DNA of 64,000 bases from Octopus sinensis (GCF_006345805.1 NC_043002.1:35588001-35652000), one strand, 5' to 3'. Shown: positions 39,769 to 54,108, counted from the stretch's first letter. Translations and numbers: made by a program. Notes: generated by a model from the letters alone, not told the origin.

Positions 39769-41059
39769 TTGGGTTGGCAACTAAGTTCCCGCGGTTTTTT
39801 AAAATTTAGATTTTTTAAAAGGTTTGATAAAAAATAACAACTAAGTAATCAATAATGTATTCACCCTTGTTGTTTACAACTTCTTCCCAACGTTCAACAA
39901 GATTTTCAATACCTCGTTGGTAGAAATCACCCGATTTCAACTCAAAAAATTGATCCAACCAAGCTCTCTATTCTGCATCAGTATTGAATGAAACTCCATG
40001 CATAGCATTTGAAAGAGATCGAAAGAGGTGGAAATCCATTGGTGCCAAATCAGGAGAGTACGGTGGGTGTGGCAGTACTTTCCAGCCATGCATTTGAATG
40101 GCTTTCTTGGTCATATTGGCGATATGGGGGTGGGCATTGTCGTGCAGCAGAAGAACTCCATGTTGCTGATTAGGTCTTTTCTCTTGAATAGCCGTGTTGA
40201 GTCACTCCATCTGTTGAACATAGAGTTCCGTGTTGACTGTTTGGTTCCGTTCAAGCAATTCGTAATGGATAATCCCTTCCCAGTCCTACCATACGTACAA
40301 TATCGTTTTACGCAGATGAAGATCTTGTTTCACATGCGGTGTCATTTGTTTACTGGGGCTAAGCCATTCCTTACACTGCTTCATATTGATGTACAGGCAC
40401 CATTTTTCGTTGTCAGGAACGATTCGGTAAAGAAATCCTTACTTGTGTCCATGGGTTGGGCAGTGACGAGCAAGCAAACCAGTAGACATTGTGGCTCGTT
40501 GATTTTTGTTGTTGTCACTTAAAGCATGTGGAGTCCATGCTCCATACTTCTGAACCTTTCCCATTGAGTGAAGATGCTTTTCTATAGCAGTGTGGGAGCA
40601 TTCCATTTTCTCTGCCAGTTCCTTTGTTTGATGAGAATTTTCGTGCAAAAGTTGGTTTAATCACTTTTCATCGAACTCAACTGGTCGGCCAGAACGAGGT
40701 GCATCTTTGAGGTCAAAATTTCCATTTTGAAATTGGCATACCAATCATGAGAGGTTCGTTCAGCTATGGTACCCTCTTCATACACAGCAGAAATGTTGCG
40801 AGCAACTTTTGTGGCCTTAGAACCTTGATTAAAAGCAAAAAAATAGAGGTGTCGAAAATGCTAATTTTTCTTAACTTGACATTCCATTTTAATGATCTGC
40901 AAATAAACAAAAATTAACTAAAATGAACTAGGAAACAAAATAAGATAGATTCCAAAATGATTCAAAAATAGAATTCTTGGAAAAAATAGATTCCAAAATT
41001 TAAGAATGTAATAAGTTCCAAAGTTTAAAAAAACGGCGGGAACATAGTTGCCAACCCAA
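39769..41059 (-). mobile_element. Full-length decayed mariner (DD34D), 1291 bp, second family
   Basis: TIRs TTGGGTTGGCAAC with TA TSD. ATG at 40887; motifs WTPHAL, LHDNAHPH and YSPDLAPMDFHLFRSL; several in-frame stops and one frameshift. Confidence 0.95.
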
Positions 41060-41592
41060 TAGCTGTTAGGTTAACATATTTAATTTGTTAAAAACACATT
41101 AACATGTAAGTGGGCAAGTATTCCACAAATGTTATACACTTAATGGCTGAATTAGCATGATGCAGTATGTGACAAGGCTGAAGCTTTGAATTACAGCTAT
41201 ACTTCATTTGACAGGCTTCCACACAGTTTCCTTCTGATGATTTTTATTTGATCTAAGGTTAAATAAAAGACAGATGTCATGCAGCATAATTGAACCTGGT
41301 AGCTAATTTTCGCAAAATAATTTGGTTAATCAATAGGTTATGCTTACATCCATCATACTTACTCCACAAAGGTGGCAAGCTGGTAGAATCATTAGTGAGT
41401 TGGGCAAAATGCTTAGTAACACTCTTGGCTCTTTACATTCTAAGATCAAATTCCACTGAGGTTGACTTTGCCTTTCATCCTTCTGGAAAGTCAACAGAAT
41501 AAATATCAGTTGAACATTGGAGATAATGTAATCAAGTTACCCATAAATTAAAATTGTGGCCTTGTGCCAAAATTTGCAACCATTATACCTAC

Positions 41593-41675
<83 letters not shown>

Positions 41676-42511
41676 ACACACATACATACAAACACAGATT
41701 GTTATGTACATACAGACAGTGGGTAGGAAAAGATTTCTTTATTAGGAAACAAATACAAAAGAACCACAGAAGATTTGTAAAAATAGAATATAAAAGCAGT
41801 GTCAAATCAGCAGAATAAAGGGTAATATGATAGAATGAAAAGCAAACTTTATACTTAATGAAATATTTATACATAAATAGAACTTCTAAATTATAAATAT
41901 AACATGATTCATACAGTTATATGTAAAACATAATCTATACAACTGTATACAATGTTTTATATGCCACATAATTTATACTATAGGCACAGGAAAGGCTGTG
42001 TGGTTAGAAGCTTGCTTCCCAACCACATGGTTCTGGGTTCAGTCCCACTGCATGGCACCTTGGGCAAGTGTCTTCTACTATAGCCTTGGGCCACCAAAGC
42101 CTTGTGAGTGGATTTGGTAGATGGAAATTGAAAGAAGCCCGTCGTATATATATATATATATAAATATATACACACACACACATATATGTATGTACATATT
42201 TGTGTGTCTATGTTTGTCTCCCCACTGTCACTTGACAACCGATGTTGGTGTGTAACTTAGCGGTTTGGCAAAAGAGACCAATTGAATAAGTACTAGGCTT
42301 ACAAAGAATAAGTCCTGGGGGGGGGGGGTCAGTTTGTCTGACTAAAGGCGGTGCTCCACCATGGCCGTAGTCACATGACTGAAACAAGTAAAAGATTAAA
42401 ATATAAAAGAATAAAATATACATACTTTTACACACACACACTCACACACAAACACATGTGTATACATATATACATGCATGCATGCATACATACATACATA
42501 CATACATACAT

Positions 42512-42546
<35 letters not shown>

Positions 42547-42636
42547 TACATACATACATACATACATACATACATACATACATACATACATACATGCATA
42601 CATACATACATACATACATACATACATACATACATA

Positions 42637-43211
42637 CAGGGTGCTCAGGCTAGATTTGACAATCTTTTTGTTTCCTTTTTCCAGGAACAGCTTGATGTAG
42701 TTGGTGAACAGTCAACGGTATTGGAGTGGATAAAGGTTAAAGTTGTAGTTGAGAAAAATTTAGCTGACATGAATGAGTGGAAGCCATCTGAAGATTGGAA
42801 AAGAGTAATCCGTGTCATGATGACTCATGCTAGTTATCAAAATGCTAACGTCATGACTGCTGTTCAATACTCTGTGAATACTCTAAAGGCTGTAAGACAT
42901 AACATGGACAGCTGCAACGGGGATACAAAGATGTGGCCAGCAGCAAAGGACACAGCAGGCATTCTAACTACATCTGCATGCTGGGATTCATCTCCAAACC
43001 TTTGAACAGGGTCTTAGGTTTGATTCAGATAGCTATATGAAGTTGCTGGAGACTGTGGTCAAACCCTGGCTGGAAAGGGCTGCTGCTTGAAGGCTATATG
43101 TGTGGCAGCATGATTTGGTTCCTTGCCATGCCTCCAGAAAAATAGTTGTCAGAGAATTTCTATGACTTCATCAGCCCCAATTTCTAGCTTCCAAATTCCT
43201 CTAATTATGAT
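42637..43211 (+). mobile_element. maT (DD37D)-type transposon fragment, internally deleted
   Basis: Starts TA|CAGGGTG. Encodes FEQGLRFDSDSYMKLLETVVKPWLERAAA*RLYVWQHD. Confidence 0.7.
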
Positions 43212-44222
43212 CTAATTATGGGCATGCTTGTTGGTCTCCTTTCCAATGATACCCAGACATAGTTGTCCAGGGTTTTTAAATCAGGAGAGTTAAGATGCCA
43301 AATGTTAGGAGTAACATCATGGTGAAAATTTTTGACCATCCACTTCTGGATTGTATAGGCTCTGTGAGAGGGAGCCGAGTCTTGGAGGAACACATACAAC
43401 CTCACCTGAGCAATTCTCTCAATCCAGATCTTGACAACCACAGCTATTGCTTTGATGTAGGCTGCTTCATTGACCCTAATGCTATGAAGGAAAAAGCGAG
43501 GTGGCATGACATGACCCTCAATGCTCATGCCCCTCCCCAAAGACCATTACAGATGATGGGAACTTGATGCGCATAACAGTGGGGACTTCAGAAGGGCTGG
43601 TGTAGAGCCATCTATCATTCCTCCTGTTCACTTTTTGATCTTGGACAAAGTTCTTCTCATCTGAGAAGAACCAGAGTATGTTGGGCTCCTTGGAGTGCTT
43701 GTGTTTGTTCAACAAACTTTTCAATCAGATCATATGGGTCTTCTAGGTCTTATTAGACATGAACTACCTTCTTATAACAGAATATTTTGTACCTGATGTC
43801 TTTGAGCATCATACATCTGACTGTTGACTCCAACACATGGAGATAATTGGCAATGACTCTCACTGACTTGCCAAGATTCTTGTTGATGATACCCTGGACT
43901 TGCTACACAAACTTGACTTTTCTGATAATGTCTGACTATCGAGAATGTTTTTTTCTTTTGTTCACAGAAGACACATTCCTGCCTGAGGCTAAGAAGTCTT
44001 TTCTCATCTTAAACACGAAGAACCTGGCAACATTTAAGAAGGTTGCAATCTCAAAATCACTGTGGTTGGCAGCTTAGGTGATGAGAATAGCATGTCTTTT
44101 CCTCATTTGCAATTGATTCAAAACTTCTATGTTGGAGTTGAAAAAAGAGATGATATGTAGTTAAAGTTTGTGCTGTATATGGTGCTTAACAGTTTCAACT
44201 TCAAATAGCTGATACACCTTGA
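43212..44222 (-). mobile_element. maT (DD37D) transposase pseudogene, 3'-truncated
   Basis: ATG at 44106 (MRKRHAIL); WFFSDEKNF; LQDSAPSH...SPDLKTLD with 37 residues between the second and third Asp. Confidence 0.85.
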
Positions 44223-44561
44223 ATATATACATACATGCATGCATGTATCCATATATATGTATGTATGTACATACATACAGGGATATCAAGAAGTAAATAA
44301 ACATATTCATTTCTCATACCTCCTGACATTTTATGATTTATCTACTCCTCATGAAATGATTTCATTGATTGGATCTCCTGGATTTCAGCTGCACAGAACT
44401 CTACAAGATACACCTCCATACTGGATTACTATGTGGTATAATAACCAGGTCCACTAGAAGAGCTTTCTGTTTTAGCCACAAGACTATGAATCCATATATT
44501 GCAATTCTAATACATACATACATATATACATACATACATACATACATACATACTTGCATAC

Positions 44562-44621
<60 letters not shown>

Positions 44622-45450
44622 GCACATACATGTATACATACATTCAAACACACATACATATATACATTCACTGTCACACATATAAATACAAATGCAAGTA
44701 TATACCTATATATCTATATATGTACACACACTGGTGTTATACATACACATTATTGTTTTGTGTCATTATGTTTTGAGTTTGATTGCAGTTGACTGATTTA
44801 TTTTTATCCTTGAAATACTCATATTTGTTTAACTTTATTGAGAGTGATCATACATTATGCTTTTTGTTGTAGCTGTTAGCCTTAACCATACACCCCTTTT
44901 CTTCCTTGTGATTTTCATCTCAGTTACTAAGGCCAGATTATATATTTTCTTTGTTTTTGTGTCTTGTCATCCCTGTATCTTTTGCTTCACAACTGTATCC
45001 TGTTGTGGATGCACCCAAGTTTTGTAGCATTGAAACTGCTATAATTCTTTGTGAAACAGCTGGTGAAGTCTGGATCTTCATTTATTATTAAACTCAAAGA
45101 TATTATTATATTGCAGTAACTGCAAGTGGAACTGACTTGTGAGTATATAAATAATAGGCTAAGACAATTTTTAAGACCAACATATTTAGGATAAAAGCAG
45201 AAAAGAATAATTGTGTTCAACTACTGTTTCATTAAAATAAACAACATTAAACATTGAACTGTGTTATTGTGATACATGATAAATTTAATTTAAATAATTT
45301 TATTTTAAAGTAATTATGTATAAAAATGATGTGTGTATGAATTTAATGTTGTTTATCTTAATGAAACAGCTGTTGAACACGAAGTAGACACTATGTAAAA
45401 TTTACGCTTTTCTGCTTTTATCATCATGATCATCATTATATATGCATATA

Positions 45451-45530
<80 letters not shown>

Positions 45531-45918
45531 GTCTATCAACATACATATATGTATGTATGTATGCACACAGACATAGACACAGACACTGACACACACACAC
45601 ATTTCTTTTCTCTTTTAGTCGTTTCAATCATTAGACTATCTTCATGTTGGGGTATCACCTTAAAATGTTTTTAGTCAAAAAAAAATTAACCCTCAGCACT
45701 TTCTTTTTAACCTCTTCTATCAGTCTCTTTTTGCTAAATCGTTAAGTTACAGGGGCATAAACAAACCAACATTGGTTCTCAAGCAGTGATGGGGGACAAA
45801 CACATGCACAATGACAGGTACACACACACTCACACATATGTATGTATGTATGTGTGTGTGTGTGTGTATATACATATATATGTCCAACCCATGCTAGCAT
45901 GGAGAACGGACGTTAAAC

Positions 45919-45954
<36 letters not shown>

Positions 45955-48057
45955 ATATATATATATATGACAGGCTTCTTGCCGTTTCTATCTACCAAAT
46001 CCACTCCTAAGGTGTTAGTCAACCCAATGCTATAGTAGATGACTCTTGCCCAAGGTGCCTCCTTACCACACAGACACATCTGTGCCTATATATCATCATC
46101 ATCATCATTGTTTAATGTCTGCCTTCCATGCTAGTATGGTTTGGATGGTTTGACAGGAGCTGGCCAGGCAGGAGCCTGTACCAGACTTCTGTGTCTGTTT
46201 TGGCAGGGTTTTTATGACTGGATGCCCTTCCTAACACCAACCACCCAACAGAATGGACTGAGTGCTTTTTTTATGTGGCACAAGCACATAGATATAGATA
46301 TAAATATATTATGATAGTATTCTAGTTGTAAAATGTGCATAAAAATATTGTGGCCTCCCACTATAAAACCTTCTACTATAAAAGGAAGCAGCATAAAAGC
46401 CAACACCATTTCATCTCCTGAAGATGAGGCTGAGATGTCATACAAATGTTGACAAAAAAATATTTAGGAACTTTACTGTTCCAAATGAACTAAAAGGGTC
46501 TGAGAGGCAGATACAAAATAAAAAGAAAGAAAAAACAAAACAAATATCTATACGGAAAAGATCAAATTAGAACATAGTCATTTCTTCAACACACACACAA
46601 ACATGCGCGCGCGCACATGCATTTATGCACTTCATGTTACATCATAGGATATTAAGTTATTTAGTGAAAATAAGACGTGCTGATTGTGCGAGCATGCTTG
46701 TTTGTTTTCCTTATAGTCTAATTAGCAAACTTAGGAACATTAATGAACTCCCAGGAGTCATAATATACCAATGAGGAAATTGGAGACTGTTGATATGAAA
46801 TTATTGTAACACCATGTGGTAATCCCGATGCTGATTATAGTAGTAGTAGTGATGATGAAACTTAAGATGATGGAGGTGTTAGTGAATGTTGTTGTTGTTG
46901 TTGGTGATGATGTTGATCATGACAACAACGACAAGTATGATGATGACAGTGGTGATGTCAGCAAAGATGATGACAGTGATGACGATGATGATGATGATGG
47001 TGGTGGTGGTGGTGGTGGTGATGATGATGAGAAGAAAATGAGAAAGAGGAGGAGTAGGATGATGCCGAAGAGGAGGTGTAGAAGGATGAGGAATAGGAGG
47101 ATGAGTAGAAGGGGGATGAAAAATGGAGGATGAGGAGGAGGAGGAGGAATGGTTATGAGGTTAATTATAATGGCAGTCAAGCGGTAATAGTGAGCAAAAT
47201 TATGATGCTGATTGTGATGATGGTGATGATGATGATGATGTGATGATGATGATGATGATGATGATGATGACAATGATGATAATGACGATGATGACGATGA
47301 TGATAATGACGATGATGACGATGATGATAATGACGATGATGATGATGACGACAACTATGACAGTGGTGGCAGTGATGGTGGTAGTGGCAGAAGTGGTGGT
47401 GATGGTGGCTGAATTAGTGGTTGTGTTGAAGGTCATGATGATGATGATGACGATGATTTGTTAGTATAGCTGATATGGTTACTGGTTATAATCTGACTGA
47501 AAATATGCAGAATAAATATCACATTCTATTTTCTTTCCATTCAAGCACCGTTGGTATGTGTACGTGTGTGTGTGTGTGTGTGTGTGCGCGTGTGTGTGTG
47601 TATGTGTATGTGTGTGTGTACTTGTGTATGCCATCATTTGTGAGTGTATTCATTTCTCTTCCTAGCTGCTCTCCCTTGTTACATTTGTATGTATATATGT
47701 TTATGCATGTATGAGTACGTATGCAGGTACCCACTCATACATACACACACATGTAGTATTTCCTGTGCGTGCTGTTAGATGTATGACTGCTACCGGTGGT
47801 TCGAGAGCTCCATGTAGAGTATCGTTGCCCAGTCTACTTCCAGGAATGTGGTGTGCATTTGATCTGCGTAAATATAATGCAATTACGTGTTCTCTTGAAG
47901 AACTGTTGCGCTTCAGTATCCAAATGCATGCTGACCACCCACTGCCAAGGATAAAGACATTCTCAATGGTAAAAATATATTTAGGGAACAAATGATATAA
48001 GCTGCAATATTCTGTGAAAACATGTCTCACTATGAGAAAATATTACCTTGCTTGAAA

Positions 48058-48470
48058 ACAGGTGAGGGTTGGCAAGAAACTTAACACGCCGGGCAAAATG
48101 CTTAATGGTATTTCGTCTGCCGCTGCGCTCTGAGTTCAAATTCTGCCGAGGACGACTTTGCCTTTCATCCTTTCGGGGTCGATAAATTAAGTACCAGTTG
48201 CACACTGGGGTCGATGAATCGACTTAATCCATTTGTCTGTCCTTGTTTGTCCTCTCTGTGTTTAGCCCCTTGTGGGTAGTAAAGAAATAGGTATTTCGTC
48301 TGTCATTATGTTCTGTATTCAAATTCCGCTGAGGTCGACTTTGCCTTTCATCCTTTCGGGGTCAATAAATTAAGTACCAGTTATACACTGGGTTCGATGT
48401 AATCGACTTAATCCGTTTGTCTCTCCTTGTTTGTCCCTTCTATGTTTAGCCCCTTGTGGGCAATAACAAA
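48058..48470 (+). mobile_element. Second octopus SINE family with a tandem partial duplication
   Basis: ggtatttcgtctg...gagttcaaattc...gactttgcctttcatcctttcggggtc occurs twice. Related decayed copies near 6100, 18365, 24820, 29745, 36590, 37570, 37890, 41370, 60430 and 61120. Confidence 0.7.
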
Positions 48471-48790
48471 ATAAGATGAAGGATATCCAACTGTAGAAAA
48501 TATTCTGCTTCAAAAAACTCCATCTGACTCATACAAGTATGGGAATGGAAAAGTAGATATTAAAATGCTGCTGCTGAGGATGAGGATGATGATAATGATG
48601 ATGATATACATATTGTTTCTCACACTGTTGTTGTTTATGACTTGGTCAATCCTGATCTGGCAGACCTATGATTGAAGGTTTTGCAGCCATGACAAGTCTG
48701 TCTTTTTTTTTTTTTTACAAAGCCCTGGCACACCATTTGCTACAAGAGTTTCAGTTAATCCAATCAATGGAACAGCCTTCTTGTAAAATT

Positions 48791-49164
48791 GTGTCCCCAA
48801 AGTCCAACCCCTCCTCACCGCGGTGGTGATGCAGGCAACGGGTAGTGTCAGGGCTATGCCGTTGGGAACTTCCATTCTGGTAGGGCCACCCAGGGTGGAT
48901 TGGTCTGACACTGAGTGGTATTAGGGCCACAACCCGGCAGACGGGGCTCTGGTGAAAATCCTCGGAGTGTCTGCTTTGGCAACTGGCGGCTCCTCGGCCG
49001 TTCTGTCCCTGCATCTGCAGATAATCTGTGGCAAACAGGATGTCTCCACATGCGGGATTGTTGGGGACTGCTTGTGAAATCCACATATTCCCACGAAACT
49101 TCTTCCATGAGTAGAAGAAGTCGACTCAACTCACCCAGGGTGAATGTCGCCACAAGTACAAATA
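48791..49164. mobile_element. Unclassified 374-bp GC-rich insertion inside an OR-like SINE
   Basis: 11-bp TSD CTTGTAAAATT at 48780-48790 and 49165-49175. CpGs are retained. Confidence 0.7.
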
Positions 49165-50187
49165 CTTGTAAAATTAATGTGCAAGTGGCTGAGCACTCTG
49201 CAGACATGCATACCCTTAATATAGTTCTCAGGGGGATTCAGCATGACAGTGTGACAACACTGGACCTTTTTGAATTACAAGTACAACTCATTTTTGTGAG
49301 CTGAGTAGACTGAAGCAATGTGAAATAAAGTGTCTTGCTCAAGGATGCAATGCACCTCCAGGAATTCAACTCACAGCCTTACAATTGTGAGCCAATTACC
49401 CTAACCACATAGCCATGCACCTTCAAGACATAAGCTGTTGAAAACTATGCATTCTAATATTTCCTACTGTCACATTTTAAAGACAACAGAATATACTTAA
49501 AAGTTTATTTGGTTTGACCATGCAGAACCCCCCCCCCCAACTCCCACACATACCTTTGTGTTTGTGAGTTTATGGCTGCATATCAATCCATTTTTTTTAG
49601 CTGCTTATAAGCTGATATTAAATTACGAGTATGAATATAATTAATACACACATATGACTAAATGTAATTTTGCTAATTAACGAGGAACTAAATACTTAGT
49701 ACATGTTGTAGAGTTTATGATTTCTTTGAGTTCATATTTGAATTCCTTTCTCGCAGCTTTAGGTTTACTAAACGGGGATCATCAGGTGCAGTGGTAGTTA
49801 TGCCATGAAACTTGAGTTGCAAGAAAAGAATTCAGTTTTAATAAACACAGGCATGTGTGCACACACACATGCACACACATACATGTACACAACACACTCA
49901 TGCACACATACACACAATAACTATATTACATACAGAATATTTGCTAGCGCTAATCTAGTGGAGAATAAAAGAGAGTAGACTCCCATGTGACTGAAGCTGA
50001 GTATTTATCACATTTCTGTCGACCACTTTACCAATTACATCAAAGCAATCGTATCCTTCCTTTTTCAAAATTAGCAGCATATAAATGTTTTATAGTAAAA
50101 TTTAAGAGTACATCTCAACACATATCACATGAGGATTACTGATAATTATAATTACAGCTATAACAATATATATATATATATATATAT

Positions 50188-50453
50188 ACTTGTTTTATTA
50201 AGGTTGCAAAAACATCACAAAAAACTGTGACTAGAGTTTCACATTCCCATTCATTGGACAATTTTGATCAAGATTGGAATAAAATTTTATTCCAGTCTTC
50301 ATCAAAACTGTCCAATGAATGGGTATATGAAAATCTAGCCACAGTTTTTTGTGATGTTTTTGAAGCTTTAATAAAAAAGCATATTACTCTACTTTTGGTA
50401 TTCTAGAACTATTTTTTCCACCTTGTTTTGCATTTATGTGCTTACTCGTGTAT
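50188..50453 (-). mobile_element. Palindromic HHR-bearing repeat, copy B (opposite orientation)
   Basis: ~190-nt hairpin at 50190-50380. HHR frames at 50221-50265 (-, GUC site) and 50304-50348 (+), both with a CCAAUGA core. Confidence 0.7.
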
Positions 50454-50459
50454 GTATCA

Positions 50460-51415
50460 TCATCATCTAACGTCCGTTGTCCATGCTGGCATGGGTTGGA
50501 TGGTTTAAAAGGAATTTAGCCACCTTGCCTCCATGAAGCCCAACACTCAGAAGGAACTCAGCCACCTCGCCTCTGTAAGGCCCAACACTCAAATGGAACT
50601 CAGCCAATTTGCTTCTGTCAGGCCCGACACTCAAAAGGTACTCAGCCACTTTGCCTCCATGAGGCCCAATGTTCAAAAGTTGATTTTGTTATATGCCACC
50701 AGCACAGGTGCACTTGGCTTGATGGGTCCTCTTAAGCAGAGCACATTGCTAAAGGTCTTGGTCACTATTCATTGATTCTGTGAGGTCCAAAGTTCAAAGG
50801 TTGTGCTTCATCACCTCATCCCATGTCTTCCTTGGTCTACCTCTACCACAGGTTCCTTCTACAGCTAGAGATCGGCACTTCTTTACACAACTGTCTTTGT
50901 CCATATGCATCACATGACCATACCAGTACAGTCGTCTCTCTTGCACACCACATCTGATTCCTCCTCTACCAAACTTTTCTCTCGAGATGCTTATACTCTG
51001 TTGAACATGCACATTGACATTGTACATCCAGTGAAGCATACTGGCTTCATTTCTCTCAAGCCTATGCATGTCCCCAGCTGTTATAGCCCATGTTTCACTG
51101 CCAGCCAACACAGCTGTTCTCACACAGGCATCAAACAATCTGCCTTTCACTCTTGCCAGTAGTGGTAGAAGCTCTCTGAACTTTGCCCAACCTAATCTTA
51201 TTCTCACAGTTATGCTCTCTGAACAACCACCTTCACTACTAACCTGGTCGCCTAGATACCGGAAGCTATCTACTACCTCTAGCTGGCCCCTCTGGCAGTA
51301 GATGGAGTCTATTTTCCACACATGTTCAGCATTTATTATGCCTGTGCACCTTCCACATACAAAAGTTAGTTTCACTGTTAACCTTCCTTTGATGTTGCTG
51401 CACCTTTTGTGAATC
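50460..51415 (-). mobile_element. RTE-clade LINE 3' fragment with a 39-bp minisatellite in its 3' UTR
   Basis: LEVVDSFRYLGD, IRLGWAKFRELLPLL and GRGRPRKTWDEVMKHNL. Four 39-bp units at about 50520-50670. Confidence 0.9.
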
Positions 51416-51486
51416 CAAAGCTTACACTGGATGCGTCTTATGGAGTTTCTACCTACACCTTATCTATCTATCTATCTGTCTGTCTG

Positions 51487-51527
<41 letters not shown>

Positions 51528-53862
51528 GTGAGATGCTACTTATCCTAAACACCATGAGTGAAGCTTCAAAATTCATTAAATATTGAGTCATAAAGGCAAA
51601 ATGATTTTTGCATTTTGTTTGTGACACCAGCACCAGTGAAGCTTCCATGCAGCATGCAAGACTAAGATCCTTTTCTGCTGAATGGGGCCACATATGACAG
51701 GAATGTGACCCTATGCTAGGAGGTGAGAGATTAAATTATGAGAAAGGGCCAGAACAGAAAAGTTTTCTTGCTCTAGAAGTGCTACATAGTTACTCACATT
51801 ATGGAGAGAAGTGAAGAGTAACTGAAGTGAAGATAAAATAGTGTTGATAAGGTGCCAGGATGGGTCCTCAAGATAGAAGATAAGAAGAAGTAAGTGGGAG
51901 ATAATAGAACAGTAAGTGTGGATGGAGAAGAGATTGGATTGCAAGAGTTTGTGGGGAGAATAAGGGATGGTTACAGATGGGGTATGGGTGACAGAGTGAA
52001 TGTAGTGAATGAAGAATAAGTGTTGAAGGATGATAAATACATGTTGGAGAAAAAGTAGGGAAGAACAGTGATAATTGTAGAGATTAGGTAGAGTTGAAAC
52101 ATGAATGTAGTGAATGATGGGAACAACAGAATTGTAATATTGATGCAGTAGACATGGGAAAGATGAGAAAAAGAAAAATGACATGTGGTGGGGGTAAATT
52201 GCAAAAGTATGAGGGAGAGGCAGATGTAGTGCATGGGGAGAGCGAGAGTATGGAGGTGGAGAAGGAGAGGTAATTTGGTGGTACAGAAAGTGTTGCTGAG
52301 ACAGTGTGGTTGGTCTGGTGAGCAGTGCTATGAACATTCTGACTACTGGATATTCTAGTTCTAGTTACAGTGAAGTACCTCAACTGATAATGGGTTTGAT
52401 TTTCACCTCAAAGACCCTTGATGTAAGGTTTTTCCTGTCTCACCACTGCTGTCAGTTTGATGTTGCCAAGTATAATCTTGCTGAGATTGTGCAGCTTAAA
52501 GGTTGCACAGATACCAACAGAGCCATAATACAGCATAGTTTGGTGACATGCAATTGTCATTGTGTTCAATGTATGACCTGTGGCTCCATCCAAATGACAC
52601 ATTCACTCTCTGTGCAAGCAATCACCTGCCTCAGAAGGTACTTGACTGAAACATATGAAAGATCAAAGATAAGTAATAAGTATTTTGTGAGCCATGAACT
52701 ACTGATCAGTAAAGATTTCAATTCCTAGAGTAACTTATCACTAATTTATAAATTATGATTCCACATTTTAACATTGAATTCTTTATTTACTACTCACCCA
52801 ACAGATCATTCAAGACTCAATATGGGAGTCTCCATCCGTAGCACTACACTGTGTACCTAGGTATATCGAAGATTTTAAAAAATATAATTAATTTAAGTCT
52901 TTGTAAAATCTATCTTAATTCTTGAGCAACTTATAAAACATCTTTTTTGTAATTTTGTTGTGGATAAATGTGAGTAATAAAACAAGCAATAACTTTCTGT
53001 ATCTTTATTTTCTTCTCAAAATTTTCAAAGTTCCAATGAATTTTAGTGATTTTTAAATTTGATTTCTTTCAATATATTCCCAAGTCAAAAATCATTGCTT
53101 TACAATGGTTGCTCATTATGCTGGAAATAGTAGCCAATCACCTTAATGAAAAAATTGGGAAGGATACATTAGATAATGCAGTCCTAGATACACCTAAAAA
53201 GATGGATTGCTTATGAGTCGAATGAACACCTTTCATTATAGGTCTGCTCAATCAGGTTTGTCTTTCATTGTTGGTCTATTCAATCAGACTTGTGGCTTAC
53301 ACAACATTAACAACAACAACAACAACAACAACAACAATTATTGACTCACTTCTACCAAGCTTCCTCGTGAAATGCCCATGTCTCACTACCATCCAGCATC
53401 ACCTTACAGTTACATCTCAGGCAGTTGTTGTATACAAAGAGAGAGAGAGAGAGAGAGGGGGGGAGCAGACAGACAGGTAAAGAACGACACAGAGAGAAAC
53501 TGTTGCCAACACAGATGACAGCACACTGACCTACTTCTACCCCCACATCTTTTTTTTTTTTTACACTAGTTACAATACATTCATGTTAACCACCTTCAGC
53601 ACTAATTAGGTCACCTAGGTAGCAGAAAGTATCACCTACATCTAGTAAAACTATCTGAGCAGTTCCTGTACATTGTGTCATGTGAGCCTTTAACTGCTAA
53701 CTCTTTCCTATTCATCTAGCACATTTCCAGATGTCCTAGTTTTCTATCAGTCTGACAGTTATAACACATACACTACACACACACACACACAAGCACCCCA
53801 CTCTCTTTTTGTGTCACACATACACGCGTGCACACTCACACACACATACATGCACACAAACA

Positions 53863-53910
<48 letters not shown>

Positions 53911-53915
<5 letters not shown>

Positions 53916-54108
53916 AGAGTATGCACATAAATGCGAAACAAGGTAGAAAAAATAGTACTTGAATACAAGAGGCAGAGTAATATGCTTTATTAAAAAGCAG
54001 CAAAAATATGACAAAAACTGTTACTCAGAGTTTCACGTTACTGTTTGTCTGATGAACAGGTATGTGAAACTCTGAGTAACAGCTTTTGTAATATTTTTGC
54101 TGCTTTTT

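Noticed and set aside
40028-40522. 164-aa plus-strand ORF
   Set aside because: Antisense to the mariner transposase pseudogene.
44922-45090. Plus-strand open frame resembling a signal peptide followed by two Cys (…FCSIETAIILC…)
   Set aside because: No start codon, Cys spacing does not fit an insulin B-chain, and the splice donor is weak.
46410-46460. CUGAAGA-UGA...UCA motif
   Set aside because: No GAAA and poor stem I; only suggestive of a PLE tail.
48930-48990. HDV-like ribozyme (7-bp P1 with G.U first pair)
   Set aside because: The required P1.1 GG, short L3 and P2 could not be fitted; it looks like a simple hairpin.
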